Shown piece after piece: positions 24,401-35,571 of a stretch of 64,000 bases of DNA (its first letter is position 1; each line of letters starts with the position of its first letter). This DNA is from Felis catus (Eukaryota): assembly GCF_018350175.1 (NCBI RefSeq), contig NC_058377.1, positions 107,322,001 to 107,386,000 of the forward strand. Direction: 5' to 3'. Below the pieces are notes generated by a model. The model was given only the letters and a program-made list of their open reading frames with translations, had not been told where the DNA came from and did no database searches. A program made the position numbers and the translations under genes.

Positions 24401-24521
24401 AGCCAAGCTCCAGGAGCGAGTGCAGAGGCAGCAGCTGCAGCCCCGACCTGGAGGCCCAGAGATCCCAGAGATCGTGCCTCCGGGCACAGGCCCCGGCCCC
24501 GGCCCCGGAGCGGCCCGCTAG
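21484..24521 (+). CDS. DNAJC4: DnaJ homolog subfamily C member 4
   Basis: Exons 21484-21560, 22450-22543, 23038-23219, 23321-23482, 24212-24298, 24392-24521 (TAG). J-domain NYYELLGV...LHPDRDP...LSEAYRVLS; hydrophobic segment VLGYCLLIMLAGMGLHYAAF. AATAAA at 24590-24595. Confidence 0.95.
21830..22245. mobile_element. MER5A-like hAT DNA-transposon relic interrupted by a Can-SINE (21950-22179, minus)
   Basis: aaaatacagatttctgggccc...gggatctgttttt pattern; SINE flanked by ggRatctgttttt repeats. Confidence 0.7.
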
Positions 24522-24619
24522 GACGGGGCCTGCTCTGTGTTGTTACCTCCTTGCTACCCCGGGGGACTCCCACTCCCCAAAACGCGTGCAATAAAATGAT
24601 TCTCAAAGCTCATGTCCAG

Positions 24620-25660
24620 CTCCTTGCTTCAGGCCCAGCGCCCCCATCCCGGGCCTCGCCGAGGGGAGCGGCGGGGGGGAAGGAGGGGTGGACAGCACCC
24701 CGCCCTCCGGGTCCTGGCGGCTGCGACCCGGGAGCCCGGCCCCCTGGGCGGCGCGTCCCCTTTCCCCTGCTGTGGCGGGAGGGGGTGTGTGGAGGGGGCG
24801 GGCCCCGGCGGCGCCCCCGCCCCCCCCCGCCCCCGCCCCGCCCCCGCCCCGCGGCCCGGTGGGGAGCGCGTGTCTGGGTCACATGAGCCGCCCGCCCGCC
24901 NNNNNNNNNNNNNNNNNNNNNNNNNNNNNNNNNNNNNNNNNNNNNNNNNNNNNNNNNNNNNNNNNNNNNNNNNNNNNNNNNNNNNNNNNNNNNNNNNNNN
25001 NNNNNNNNNNNNNNNNNNNNNNNNNNNNNNNNNNNNNNNNNNNNNNNNNNNNNNNNNNNNNNNNNNNNNNNNNNNNNNNNNNNNNNNNNNNNNNNNNNNN
25101 NNNNNNNNNNNNNNNNNNNNNNNNNNNNNNNNNNNNNNNNNNNNNNNNNNNNNNNNNNNNNNNNNCGCGGGCACCATGAGCCCCCTGCTCCGCCGCCTGC
25201 TGCTCGCCGCGCTCCTGCAGCTGGCCCCCGCCCAGGTACGTGCGTCCCCGACATCCCGCCCGGCCGCCGTGCCCTCTCTCAAGGTTGGCGGAAGTGGGGA
25301 GACGCGGAGCGGCCTCGGCCTCGGGGATCCGCGGGGTCGGGCTGAGGACCGGGGCGTGGCGGGAATCTGGCCAGGGCATCCCCCGGGAGGAGTCCCTGCC
25401 CGCCAGCCCGCCAGCCCGCCAGCCCAGCCCCGGGCCACTCCCCTGCTCCACCCCGTCCCCGGGCTCGACCGGGGGCGGAGCCGCTCGGTCCCCGCAGGAC
25501 TCGGTTGGGCGCCCACTGTGCCCCCTCCTGACCTGAGGCCTCCGAATCCGTCGGGCCCCAGGCTTGGAGATTCGACGTCGCCGCCGCCACCGGCAGAGTG
25601 CGCCTGGCGGGTCGTGGCCAGGGCAGGTCCCAGGTGGCCAGGAGAGGACAGGTAAAGCTA
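24620..25660 (+). promoter_or_regulatory. VEGFB CpG island / GC-box promoter, starting immediately after the DNAJC4 polyA signal
   Basis: Very high GC and CpG content with tandem CCCCGC (Sp1/Egr-type) boxes at 24812-24850; interrupted by gap 24901-25165. Confidence 0.7.
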
Positions 25661-27906
25661 GAGTGACCCCAGGAGCAGAGCAATCGGGGGGAAATGTCCT
25701 AGAGGAGTTGAAGCCTTCAGACTGCAAGGGCAGACCCCTGGGAACAGCGACAGGGCTAGCCCTTCCTAGAGAGCACTTTTGAGTTCAGTTCTCTTCTCTC
25801 CTACAGGGCCCCGTTTCCCAGCCTGATACCCCCGGCCACCAGAAGAAAGGTAATAGTAACAATAACCGCGCTAGCCATCATCAAGAGGGTCTGCTCATCA
25901 TCTTGTGTAATCAGGGCCACGCTCTAAGATGCAAACTTTTTTATTCTGCCCATTTTACAGAAGAGAAAATTGAGGCAGTGGGGTTCCTGGGTTCCTGGGC
26001 AGGGGAAGACAGGTTTTGAGGGCAGAGAGGGAGCTAGTGGAGGGTGGCTGGGACGAAGGAATTAGGGAGAACAGCTGCAGGGTACAGGAGATAGGGGAAC
26101 CCGGGAGCGGCTACAGGAAACCCAGTGGGGGCTTAACACTTACGCTTCTGCCCCCAGTGGTGTCATGGATAGACGTGTATGCCCGTGCCACCTGCCAGCC
26201 ACGGGAGGTGGTGGTGCCCCTGACCGTGGAGCTCATGGGCACCGTGGCCAAGCAGCTGGTGCCCAGCTGTGTGACCGTGCAGCGCTGTGGTGGCTGCTGC
26301 CCTGACGACGGCCTGGAGTGCGTGCCCACAGGGCAGCACCAAGTCCGAATGCAGGTACTGGGGCCGGTGGGGCGTGCCCAGCTGGGGCGGATGCTGGGGC
26401 TCCGGGGGGTGGTGGTGGGAGGAATGGCCGGAGCCTTGGCTGGGCAAGCTGTTCCTCCAGCCCACGGAGCATTGCCTTCCTCTGTACCTCTCATGATCTC
26501 TCACACCGTGTGTCCCCTATCTCTGGAGTACAGATACTCATGATCCGTTACCCGAGCAGTCAGCTGGGCGAGATGTCCCTGGAAGAACACAGCCAGTGTG
26601 AATGCAGGTGCCAGCCGGGCCCCACTTCTGAGCTCCCAGAGACCAGGCTTGGGGGCTGCTGGGCACGGGGGTACACCACAGTGGAGGCCAGGTTTCCAAG
26701 ACTGGAACTGGGTTAGGCCTGGGATCTGGGGTAAGAGCAGGATGCTCGGCTCTTTTGATTCTCTTCCTCTTCCTTGTCTCTGTCTGTCCTCTTACTTTTC
26801 AGACCAAAAAAGAGAGAGAGTGCTGTGAAGCCAGACAGGTGAGTCTCATGGGCTCTTGCCGAGGTGGGGTTGGAGCCCAGACCCCACACCCAGGATGTAA
26901 CGTGTGGATGGGGCAGGGGGTGTATGAGTGTGCCGGGAGGCTGCAGTCCCGCCCCCTCTCTCTCCCCCCACTGTGTCCCCCTCTCCCCTTTTCCTCTGCT
27001 CCCCGAGTCTGTGCGCTCCGATCCAACCCCAGCTCCCGGGAAGACTTTTCCTTCCCGCCCCAGACATGTTGCTTCTCCTCCTAGGGCTTCCACTCCCCAC
27101 CACCGTNNNNNNNNNNNNNNNNNNNNNNNNNNNNNNNNNNNNNNNNNNNNNNNNNNNNNNNNNNNNNNNNNNNNNNNNNNNNNNNNNNNNNNNNNNNNNN
27201 NNNNNNNNNNNNNNNNNNNNNNNNNNNNNNNNNNNNNNNNNNNNNNNNNNNNNNNNNNNNNNNNNNNNNNNNNNNNNNNNNNNNNNNNNNNNNNNNNNNN
27301 NNNNNNNNNNNNNNNNNNNNNNNNNNNNNNNNNNGGTCGTGTTTGTTTGGGGAGGCATCAAGGCCCTTGGAGCAGGTCCAAGGTGAGCCTGCCAGTGGGA
27401 GAAGAGCCAGGGGAGAGGAAACTATTGAGTGTGTTGAACAAATATTGACCGAGGCTCACGTTCTAAATGTGGGAGTCAGACATCAGGATTTGTGACGCCA
27501 GCAGAGGAGGTCAAGGGCTGAGGTAAGGGGCCTTACGGTGCGGTCAGAGATGCCCTGGAGGAGGTCACATCTGCAGTCAAAGTGGGAGAGATCGCTTTCC
27601 AATTTACAAAGCTCTGGGCCTTGCTCAAAGCCCCCGTGGTAGACATGTGTGCCCTCCTTGTGGGCTCTGAGAGGCCAGGGGACAGAGTGGAACCCTTGTC
27701 CACCCTTGTCTGAGACGCTGCTCACCACTCCTCCCTTCCGCAGCTGGGCCACGGGGTGACCTCGTGTGGGCTCGCCAGGAGTGTTAGGAGAGAATGGGGT
27801 TCCCAGAAGGTAACAGGAGGGTGGACCTAGGGAGCAGGGGCTGAGCTGTGCCCACACGAACAGAACCCTTCCTCCCTTCCTCAGGTGCCGGAAGCTGCGA
27901 AGGTGA
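25176..27906 (+). CDS. VEGFB: Vascular endothelial growth factor B (exon 6 largely in an N-gap; end given is the VEGF-B167 stop)
   Basis: Exons 25176-25235 (signal peptide MSPLLRRLLLAALLQLAPAQ), 25807-25849, 26158-26354 (PSCVTVQRCGGCC), 26534-26607, 26803-26838, exon 6A from 27085 into the gap, and 27885-27906 (CRKLRR*). Candidate variant polyA signal GATAAA at 28299-28304. Confidence 0.96.
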
Positions 27907-28507
27907 CACGTTGCCTTTCAGACTCAGCAGGGCCACTTGCCTCACAGGCCACATCCCAGAGGAGGACAACAGGGCAACGTGTTGAGAAGTGCCCAGTCCC
28001 TAGACCTCAGTGTGGGCAGAAAGTGCTCCCGGACCTGGGCCTCTCAGAGGACTTTCCAGCTGTCCCTGGTCTCTCCCAAGGCCGCCCTCCAACAGGGTGG
28101 GCGGCCGGACGAGGAGACGTGTCGGCAGCACCAGGGGTCATGGACGAACTCGGGAGAGAAGGGGTCCCGTCTCGATTTTCAACCACCACGTGCAAGCGTC
28201 TTCACAGCTGGCTCCAGTGTCCCCTCCCCGAGGCGCCAGTCCTCTGCAGATACTGGGGACTTGGGCTGCGGTGTTAAGAACTGGGACCCCCCAACCCTGA
28301 TAAAAGAGATGGAAGGATCTGTCCCTGCCTGTGTCATTGTTTGCCGCTGTCCAGGCTGGGCGATTCAGGCACTCTGCATTGCACTACGTCCTAGACCCCG
28401 AGCCTGTCTTACTCCCTCATTGTGTAGATGGAGGCAATGAGGCCCAAGGTCCCCCATCAGGTAGAGCCAGAACTGTGCACTCTTCGCAATCCTGTTACAT
28501 CCAGGCC

Positions 28508-28541
<34 letters not shown>

Positions 28542-29959
28542 CCGCTCATCACAAAAGCTCCTTTCTGGAAGGAGCCGGTCCGTTATGGCCAGTGACCTTG
28601 AGGTGGGACCCAGATCCGCTGAATGATCTTGGCTGTCGCTGCCCCCTCTTTCTGAGCCTCAGCTTCCACAGGCGCATATGGAGGGAACGGACGATTGCTA
28701 TGGTCCCAGCCCTTGGGCTCCAGGAATGTGTCTTCACTTGATAGAAAAACCCATCTTCTCTGCCAGGCGGCACTCCGTTTTTGTTGCTCTGTATTTAAGC
28801 TATTTCCTTCAGCTTCGCTCTAAAGCCACGCACCTGCCCTGTCCCCACCTCCTTGAAAGGGAACTGCCAAAGGGCTGTGGCTGGTGGGCTTGGTGCGGGA
28901 GACACATTTCCTCAGCCCAACCAAGTTTCCCCCGACCCTCACCAGCCCCTGCTTGGGATTCTCCCGACCTTTGTCTGACCCAGCCTAAGCTCAGTGCCCA
29001 GCCTTCTCCCTGCAGCCTCCAGGGCCCCTGGGGTGGACCACAGGCCATCTTTGGGTACCCATGCTTTGCCTTGCTGGGGCAGGACATTCGGGGACAGAGG
29101 TTCACCCGAGGCAGAATGCAGCTACCCAAACGGAGGCCTTCTCTGAGGTGTTAGATTGGAGGGCATGGTAGTGATCTTGTTGGGCCCTGGGCAGGGGTGG
29201 GGTTAAACCAGAAGAGACCATTCCTGACGGTGATTACCAATTTCCAATCATTCTTCTCAGCTGTGCTGTCGCTGACCATGCCATTGCTCCATTCAAGTGA
29301 GACAGATGAGGGTCAGGGGACACCAGAACTCCCACCCCTCCCCCGGCCCACTTAAGTGCTGGGCACACACAAGGCTTCACACGCACCCCTCGCTTGGTCC
29401 TCCATTCTAAGGTCAGCGCTGCTAATGATCTTTCTCTTTCAATTAAGGAAACAGGCTCAGAAAGGCTGATTGACCTGGAGATTTGACCCCCAAGTCTATC
29501 TCTAACACTCAAGTTTGTTACCTCCCAACTACAAGTTCGTTACTTCCACGGACAGATGTGTCCGGCGCGCTGCTGAGTGCCCGGGCACCTGAAAATACCA
29601 GTGTGGGTGGGGAATGGGCTCAGCCGGACCACTGCCGGCAGGACTCGGGGGTCAACGTGCGGCAGGCAGAGGCAGGCCCGGATGCTGGTGCGGAGAAAAG
29701 GGCGCGCATCGGCTGTGGGCCAGGGCCTGGTGGAGCACGTCACGGCGCACTCCTACAGTGGCCCTGCCACGCGCGTGTTGACAAGCCCACCTTACAGGGC
29801 CTTCCAGATCCTACCAGGCCGAAGCATTCGCTCAAGGTCACACTGCCCACGGACCGCACAGCCCAAACCCAAACTCAAGTCTGAGGCCCAGGCTCTTCCC
29901 ACTGGAGCCCGTGGAGCCTGAAGAGGCCCAGGGTCAAGCGAGAGCGCCGTGGGAGAGCC

Positions 29960-30294
29960 GGGGGGCGAGCTAAAATGGCGTCTCGAGACCCCCTCCGGGA
30001 ACCCGCGTTGGCCTGACCTTAATTTCACCTCGGCCGGAAGTGCCGAAAGCACTTTAGGAAGTCACTTTCACCTAACCTTACCGGCTACAGAGCCACCGGA
30101 AGTAGCGCGTGGTCACGTGTCGGCGCGGGGGCGGAGCAGGGGGAAAGGCCGCTCCGCCCGGCGTGCGGCAGCGGGCTTCGCACAGTCCAATGAGGGCGGG
30201 CGGCGTGGCCCGGCCTGGTGGCGACGATGACGCGCCTGCGCACAGGCGGCAGCACGACTGGGGTTGACTCCGGGGGCGCGGCGAGGAGGTGAGC
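29960..30294 (+). promoter_or_regulatory. FKBP2 promoter and non-coding exon 1
   Basis: YY1 aaaatggcg (~29972), ETS ccggaagt (~30034, ~30096), E-box cacgtg (~30114), CCAAT (30187), donor GAG|GTGAGC at 30289. Confidence 0.75.
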
Positions 30295-30435
30295 GGGGGC
30301 CACAGCCCGGGCTGGGGGGAGCCGGGGTGCACGGGGGCAGGCTGGATCAGGCCGGGCAGGAGCGGGCCGGGGCTGCGAGTGTCAACGAGGGATAGGTCAG
30401 GGGAAATTGGGGGGTGGGGTCGGAGCTGTCTGGGG

Positions 30436-31233
30436 ATGCCGCAGGGGGAGGGTTTTCACGCCGCACGGGGCGGAGCCCCGGGAGTCGGGGCGGGACGTGG
30501 GACGGAGACGGGTGGAACCTCTGAGCTGGTGCCAGTAGAAGGCAGAGCTCCGGGACTGGGGACGGAGCTAGGACAGGTGGGGGGCGGAGCCTGGTCCCTG
30601 GAGGAGGAGCTGGAACAGGCGGAAGGCGGAGCCTCGGGTTTGGAGACCGAAGGGGACGGAGCCCAGGCACTGGGGGCGGGCCTTCAGTCGGTGAGTGGCG
30701 TGGCTACAGTTCAGGAAAGAGGGTCTAGTTCTATCGAGGGCGGGGCTCCAGGGCAAGGGGCGGAACTACGTCCGCTAAAGGGTGGGGTCAAGGAGCAAAG
30801 CGAAGGCGTAGGCCCAGGTAATGGCCCGGGGCGTCCACGCGGGGGCGGTCTCCGCGGGGGCCGGGCCTGGGGACGCGGTAGGCCGAGAACTCCCCCGGGA
30901 GAGGTGGTGTGGGTGGAGCGGGCTCGGCGGCCACCAGACACGGGGCCGGTCTGGGTACCCCGCAGGCCCCCGAGGGCTCAGAGCTGGGGCGGCGCCCCGG
31001 GCGGAGGCACAGGCCCGGCCTGGGGGGTGCCTCCGGAGGATCGGAGTTCCCCGGAGCCACCCAGCGGCGATGTGTGGGTGCCTCGGGGCAGGCCCCCTGC
31101 AGCGGCCTCAGAGGTGTGGGTGTGCTGGGCGGGGGGCAACTGGGTGTGGCGTGAATGGGATCGCTCCGTCGAGGCAACTGCTGGGCAGCCAGATAAGGTC
31201 TGGACTTTGCGTAAAGGGACGGGCGGGAACTGA
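30436..31233 (+). CDS. Putative uncharacterised 265-aa Gly/Pro/Trp-rich repeat protein in FKBP2 intron 1 (candidate upstream ORF)
   Basis: ATG (gggATGc) to TGA, open for 798 nt; 14-aa periodic repeats and recurring VWV motifs with synonymous codon variation (see findings). Confidence 0.55.
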   Translation: MPQGEGFHAARGGAPGVGAGRGTETGGTSELVPVEGRAPGLGTELGQVGGGAWSLEEELEQAEGGASGLETEGDGAQALGAGLQSVSGVATVQERGSSSIEGGAPGQGAELRPLKGGVKEQSEGVGPGNGPGRPRGGGLRGGRAWGRGRPRTPPGEVVWVERARRPPDTGPVWVPRRPPRAQSWGGAPGGGTGPAWGVPPEDRSSPEPPSGDVWVPRGRPPAAASEVWVCWAGGNWVWREWDRSVEATAGQPDKVWTLRKGTGGN

Positions 31234-31538
31234 AGAGTGGAGCTGGGGACCGGGAGGGAAGGAAGGGCTGGGGGTGAGCAAAGGGGCGGGGCCCTGGCTG
31301 CTGTGGCCTCCCCTGACCCCCTCCCCCCGCTGCTGGGGTCCTCGGGCAAGCCCCCTTCTCACTGGACTGGTAAGTGTGGCTGCGGAGCCCGGGGGAGGGG
31401 GTGGTGACCCGGGACAAGGGGATCCCCGTGGGCAGGCAAAGTACGGTGGGGGTGGAATCCTCCTGGTACCTGCCCATATTCCATGCCCTCCCTGCCCTCC
31501 CCCCCGGTCGGTTGGTCGGGGTCTGTCCCCGCAGAGAC

Positions 31539-32843
31539 ATGAGGCTGAGCTGGGTCCTGACAGTATTGTCCATCTGCCTGAGTGCCCTGGCCACTGCTGC
31601 GGGGGCCGAGGGCAAACGGAAGCTGCAGATCGGGGTCAAGAAGCGGGTAGACCACTGTCCCATCAAGTCGCGCAAGGGGGACGTCCTGCACATGCACTAC
31701 ACGGTGGGTGAGGGAGTGGAACATTGGGGTGGGTGGGGCTTCTGGGGACCTGAAAGGACTTGGAAGCCAGATTGCTCAGCCAAGGAGGTGGGTGACCGTG
31801 GGCAAGTCCTGTCTCCCTTTTACACTAGTTTCTATAGCTCTTCCCTGCTGTTGACTGTCTGATCCCCAGCTTGGCACCAGCAAGCAGTGACGATGTGCTG
31901 CGAGCTGCTCAAGGTTCTGTCCCCTCCTAGGATTATGGCTGCCAATGGGGAGCCAGCTTGGGGATAGCTGCTGGGTGGGGAGGTGTGTCAGAGTGGAGCC
32001 TCCTCTTCACTGGCNNNNNNNNNNNNNNNNNNNNNNNNNNNNNNNNNNNNNNNNNNNNNNNNNNNNNNNNNNNNNNNNNNNNNNNNNNNNNNNNNNNNNN
32101 NNNNNNNNNNNNNNNNNNNNNNNNNNNNNNNNNNNNNNNNNNNNNNNNNNNNNNNNNNNNNNGGCTGTGGTTGAGGAGGTTGATTGTGGGAGGCAAGCCC
32201 CAGGGATGGGGTGGGGGGCAGGGGGCCTGGGTGCTTGCCATGCGCTGAACAGGTGTTGTCCTGCAGGATGTGTGAGGGAGAAAAACGGAAGCTGGTGATC
32301 CCATCAGAGTTGGGTAAGAGGCCTTTCCTGAGCCTGGATAGGGGAGTTGGGGGGGGGGGGTCTGGGGAAGGGTGGAGACTGGTTTGCCGCTGCATTGGTC
32401 TCTGTCCCATCCGTTCATTATGTGTCTTCCAAGTCTAGCTGTATCCAGTAGTGAGAACAGGGCAAGACCCTTAGGGCACTTGGTTCTGGCGCCCACCCTC
32501 TGCCCTCTCCTGGGCCTTTTGTAGCCCCTTGCTGTCTCCATTTCTGGCTTTCTTGTTGCGATGGGCAGAGACCTGGCTTCAGCCCGAATGTCTGCAGCCT
32601 CTCTCTCTCTCTCTCTACCCGGTCACAGCTCACTTTTTCTTTCGCATCTTTGACAGGGTATGGAGAGCGGGGAGCTCCCCCAAAGATTCCAGGTAAGATG
32701 CCTTCCTGCCCCCATCTCCTGCCCACCATCTCTTCTTCCTGTGGCCCCGGTTCTCACTCTGTCCTCATTTCTCCCCTGCAGGTGGTGCAACCCTCGTGTT
32801 TGAGGTGGAGCTGCTCAAAATCGAGCGACGTTCAGAACTGTAG
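31539..32843 (+). CDS. FKBP2: FK506-binding protein 2 (FKBP13), ER peptidyl-prolyl isomerase
   Basis: Exons 31539-31703 (signal peptide plus [28 protein letters not shown]), one exon inferred in gap 32015-32162, 32267-32313 ([15 protein letters not shown]), 32657-32692 ([12 protein letters not shown]), 32782-32843 (ends RSEL*, a KDEL-like ER retrieval signal). Confidence 0.95.
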
Positions 32844-33607
32844 CCAAACTGGGGAGGGGCAGTGGAGAGGCCCCCATCAGGGACCAGACTGTTTAAAGAA
32901 AGAAAGAAAGAAAGAAAAAAAAAAATCCCTTAAAGCCCACGAAGTGAGCCTGTGTTTGTTTGTGGGCCCTGAGAGACTTAGAAGCCACATCTTCAACTTC
33001 AGCCTACCCTCTCCCTTGGTACCCCCCACGCCTCTTCTTTACTGGCTGCAGGACCTGGGTGTAGACTCAGTGGCAGGGGGATCGTGAGGGCCAGGCCCTG
33101 GGTGGGACGGTGGTCCTTGCCCAGAGGGAAAAGGAGTGTTCCTAACAGCCAACAGCGACACCGCTCCCCCCACTCCAGCTCCCCAGCCACTTGGAGCTCA
33201 TGGTGTGGGAGCCGGCACTGGGCTATCGTCATGGCTACGTGGCCCTCAGGAAGGCCTGCAGCCACCTGGGGAGAAGCTGCACCGACAGCAGTTGTAGAGG
33301 AGTGTGTCCCCCCTAAAAGAGACCAGCTGAGCCCGTTAGCTGCACCAAAGGCATATCCTAGCTTTATTAAAGGGCCGCGCCGCAGAATCAATATAAAAAC
33401 ACAAAAAGTCCCATCAGTTTAATAACAATAAAAAACCCCAAAATGGAAAACTGAGGGGGCAGGGAAGAGGCCCCTGGGCCAGGGGCACGGGGAGCCCTGC
33501 TCATGGCGCCAGGCCTGGCCGCAGGGCCCCCCGGTATTGCTGTTGCTACGAGGTCGGGGGGCAGCGATTGTCCTGTGGGAGCCACCATTCATGTGGGTCG
33601 AGGACCC

Positions 33608-35571
33608 TTACTTCTTCTGGGGTGTGCTCAGCTTCTGCATGCCCCGGATCTTGTCCAGCAGGCCAGAGATGAAGGCCTGGACAGGAGGGAAGACATCAGG
33701 GAGGCCAGACCCCAAGATGACAGAAGCCCAGGCTCCTCTCACCCCAGCCTCTGGGACGGCCACATACTTACCTCAGTGGGTTTGTAACAGTCAACCAGCA
33801 GCTCCTGGGAGGGCATGGGGGGACAAGTATAGCTGTGAGTTCTAAGGAACAGGGGCCTAGAGCTCACCTGTACCTATTTCCAAGGGACTGGGGCCACCCC
33901 CCGAGGCACAGGCGATACCACAGCTACTCAACGGCTAGACAAGCACCATTAGCCCCATTTGACGGAAGCAGAAGCTGAGGCCCAACATCCCAAGGGCTGG
34001 CTGACGAAAACCAAAGAAGGCCTAAATGTAGAGCCTCGCTTACCCAAGGGGCCACGCGTGCAGGCAGCTCTCTAGTCCCTGATCTCCCTACCTGGCCCTG
34101 ATGCCTCCCGGCCCTTCTCTCACCTTGACCCTGGCAGCCCGGGTATCATCACTTTCCATGTCCAGGAGTTCATCCACATCAATCTCCAACTCTGGTATTT
34201 CCTCTTCCTGGGGTGGGGGTGGGGGAGGAGGGAGAGACAAGGGCCTGAGTTGGGAGAGAGGGTGTGAGAGGGGCTCCGGCTGAGGCCCCTGCCTTACCGC
34301 AGAATGAGCCAGGCTTCTTTGCCCAGCAGACAGCAGCAGCTGTCTGAGGAAGAAAACAGATCAGGCCTGTGCCAAGGCAAAATGCCCGATGGCGGGGGGG
34401 AGCTTCCTGTCCCTGCCAGTTGGGCACCCTGGGTGCCAAACAGGGCCAGACAGCAAAGGCTTGGGGACCCTGGGCTGAGAACCCTGCAGATGTGTTGTCC
34501 CAACTTCCGGGCTCCATCTCAATCAGTGCACAGGTGGGGCCATCTGTCCCAACTCATCACAGCCCCTTCCCCTCCCCCAAACACCTGTCACAGCTTCCCA
34601 GGAGTGGGGAGGAAGTAAAGGGTGAGGGGTCATGGGGAAGGACCCAGGGCTGGTAATGGGGAAACAAAGAGCCCATACTTTGCTGAGGGAGGGGGTGCCT
34701 GCCACCCCTCCCCCCACCCAGGAAGCGTCTATCCAGTCTGGAGCCAGCTGCATTCCGGGGCTGGTCTAGGGTAGGCAGCACAGGGCAAGCCCACTCCTCC
34801 ACCCTGCCCCCCAGGGGCCTGAGTCACCATTTGAGCAAGGAAGGAGTCATGGGGTGGAGAACCAAAACCCAGAGGACAGGCTAGCCTGCCCCTACACCAA
34901 AATGGAGCTGCAGGCTAGCCCATTAGAACAGCCCAGACCCTTTACAACCCCACCAGGCTTGCGCCTTTTAACCAGTTTAGGCTACGAAGCACTAGGTAGA
35001 TCACCTTACCACCGCCAGCCCAGACTAGCCTCTTGCCTCCTGCCCATGGCCCAGGCTATCCCTTGAGGCTTCTTGAGGACCCCAAGCTTGACCAGAGTAG
35101 TGACATGAGGGAGTCATGAGGGAAAAGATAGGAGTGACCTAAGGTCAGACAAGAAAGAGCATACACTGGGGGCGGGGAGTACAGAAAGGGAGGGGAGCGC
35201 GCGGAAGCGGAGCGCCCATTGACTCCGGGGTGACAGGCAGGCGCAAGGCGGGGTTCCCAAGCAGTCCGACTAGGGAACGATTTTAGGGTGTCGGCGCAGA
35301 GTAAGGGACACACCTGGCAGTCGTAGAGGCGAGTGAGCTGCTCCAAGATCCACTCCTCCAGGTTGAGGCGCTTCCGTAGCTCCTTGCGGTCGTACTTGAC
35401 CGTGACCTTCCCTTGGCGCCTCACTGGGCCCTCGTCGTCCGCGCCGCCTGGGCCCTCGCCTGCAGCCCCAGGGGGGCTCTGAAAGTAGACGCGGGGCCCT
35501 GGGCCACCACTGCCCGGCCCAGGGGCCGGGGCTGCCAACGCCGCGCCCCCCGCGGGGCCGCTGTCCGCCAT
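33608..35571 (-). CDS. PPP1R14B: Protein phosphatase 1 regulatory inhibitor subunit 14B (PHI-1), 147 aa
   Basis: Minus exons 35571-35314, 34207-34124, 33804-33772, 33676-33608 (TAA); 444 nt. RQGKVTVKYDRKELRKRL CPI-17 family motif. Minus-strand AATAAA at 33368-33363. Confidence 0.97.

Noticed and set aside
24610-25727. Long ORFs spanning N-runs (also near 27100, 32000, 35700, 39900)
   Set aside because: Their length comes from untranslatable N bases.
28511-28539. Long poly-C/poly-G tracts (also ~1561, 2576, 55127, 59778)
   Set aside because: Homopolymers are common in this kind of GC-rich region and their lengths are unreliable; there is no specific evidence of function.
30187-30210. Possible ERSE in the FKBP2 promoter
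   Set aside because: CCAAT-N9 is followed by CGGCG, not CCACG; no exact ERSE or UPRE match was seen.
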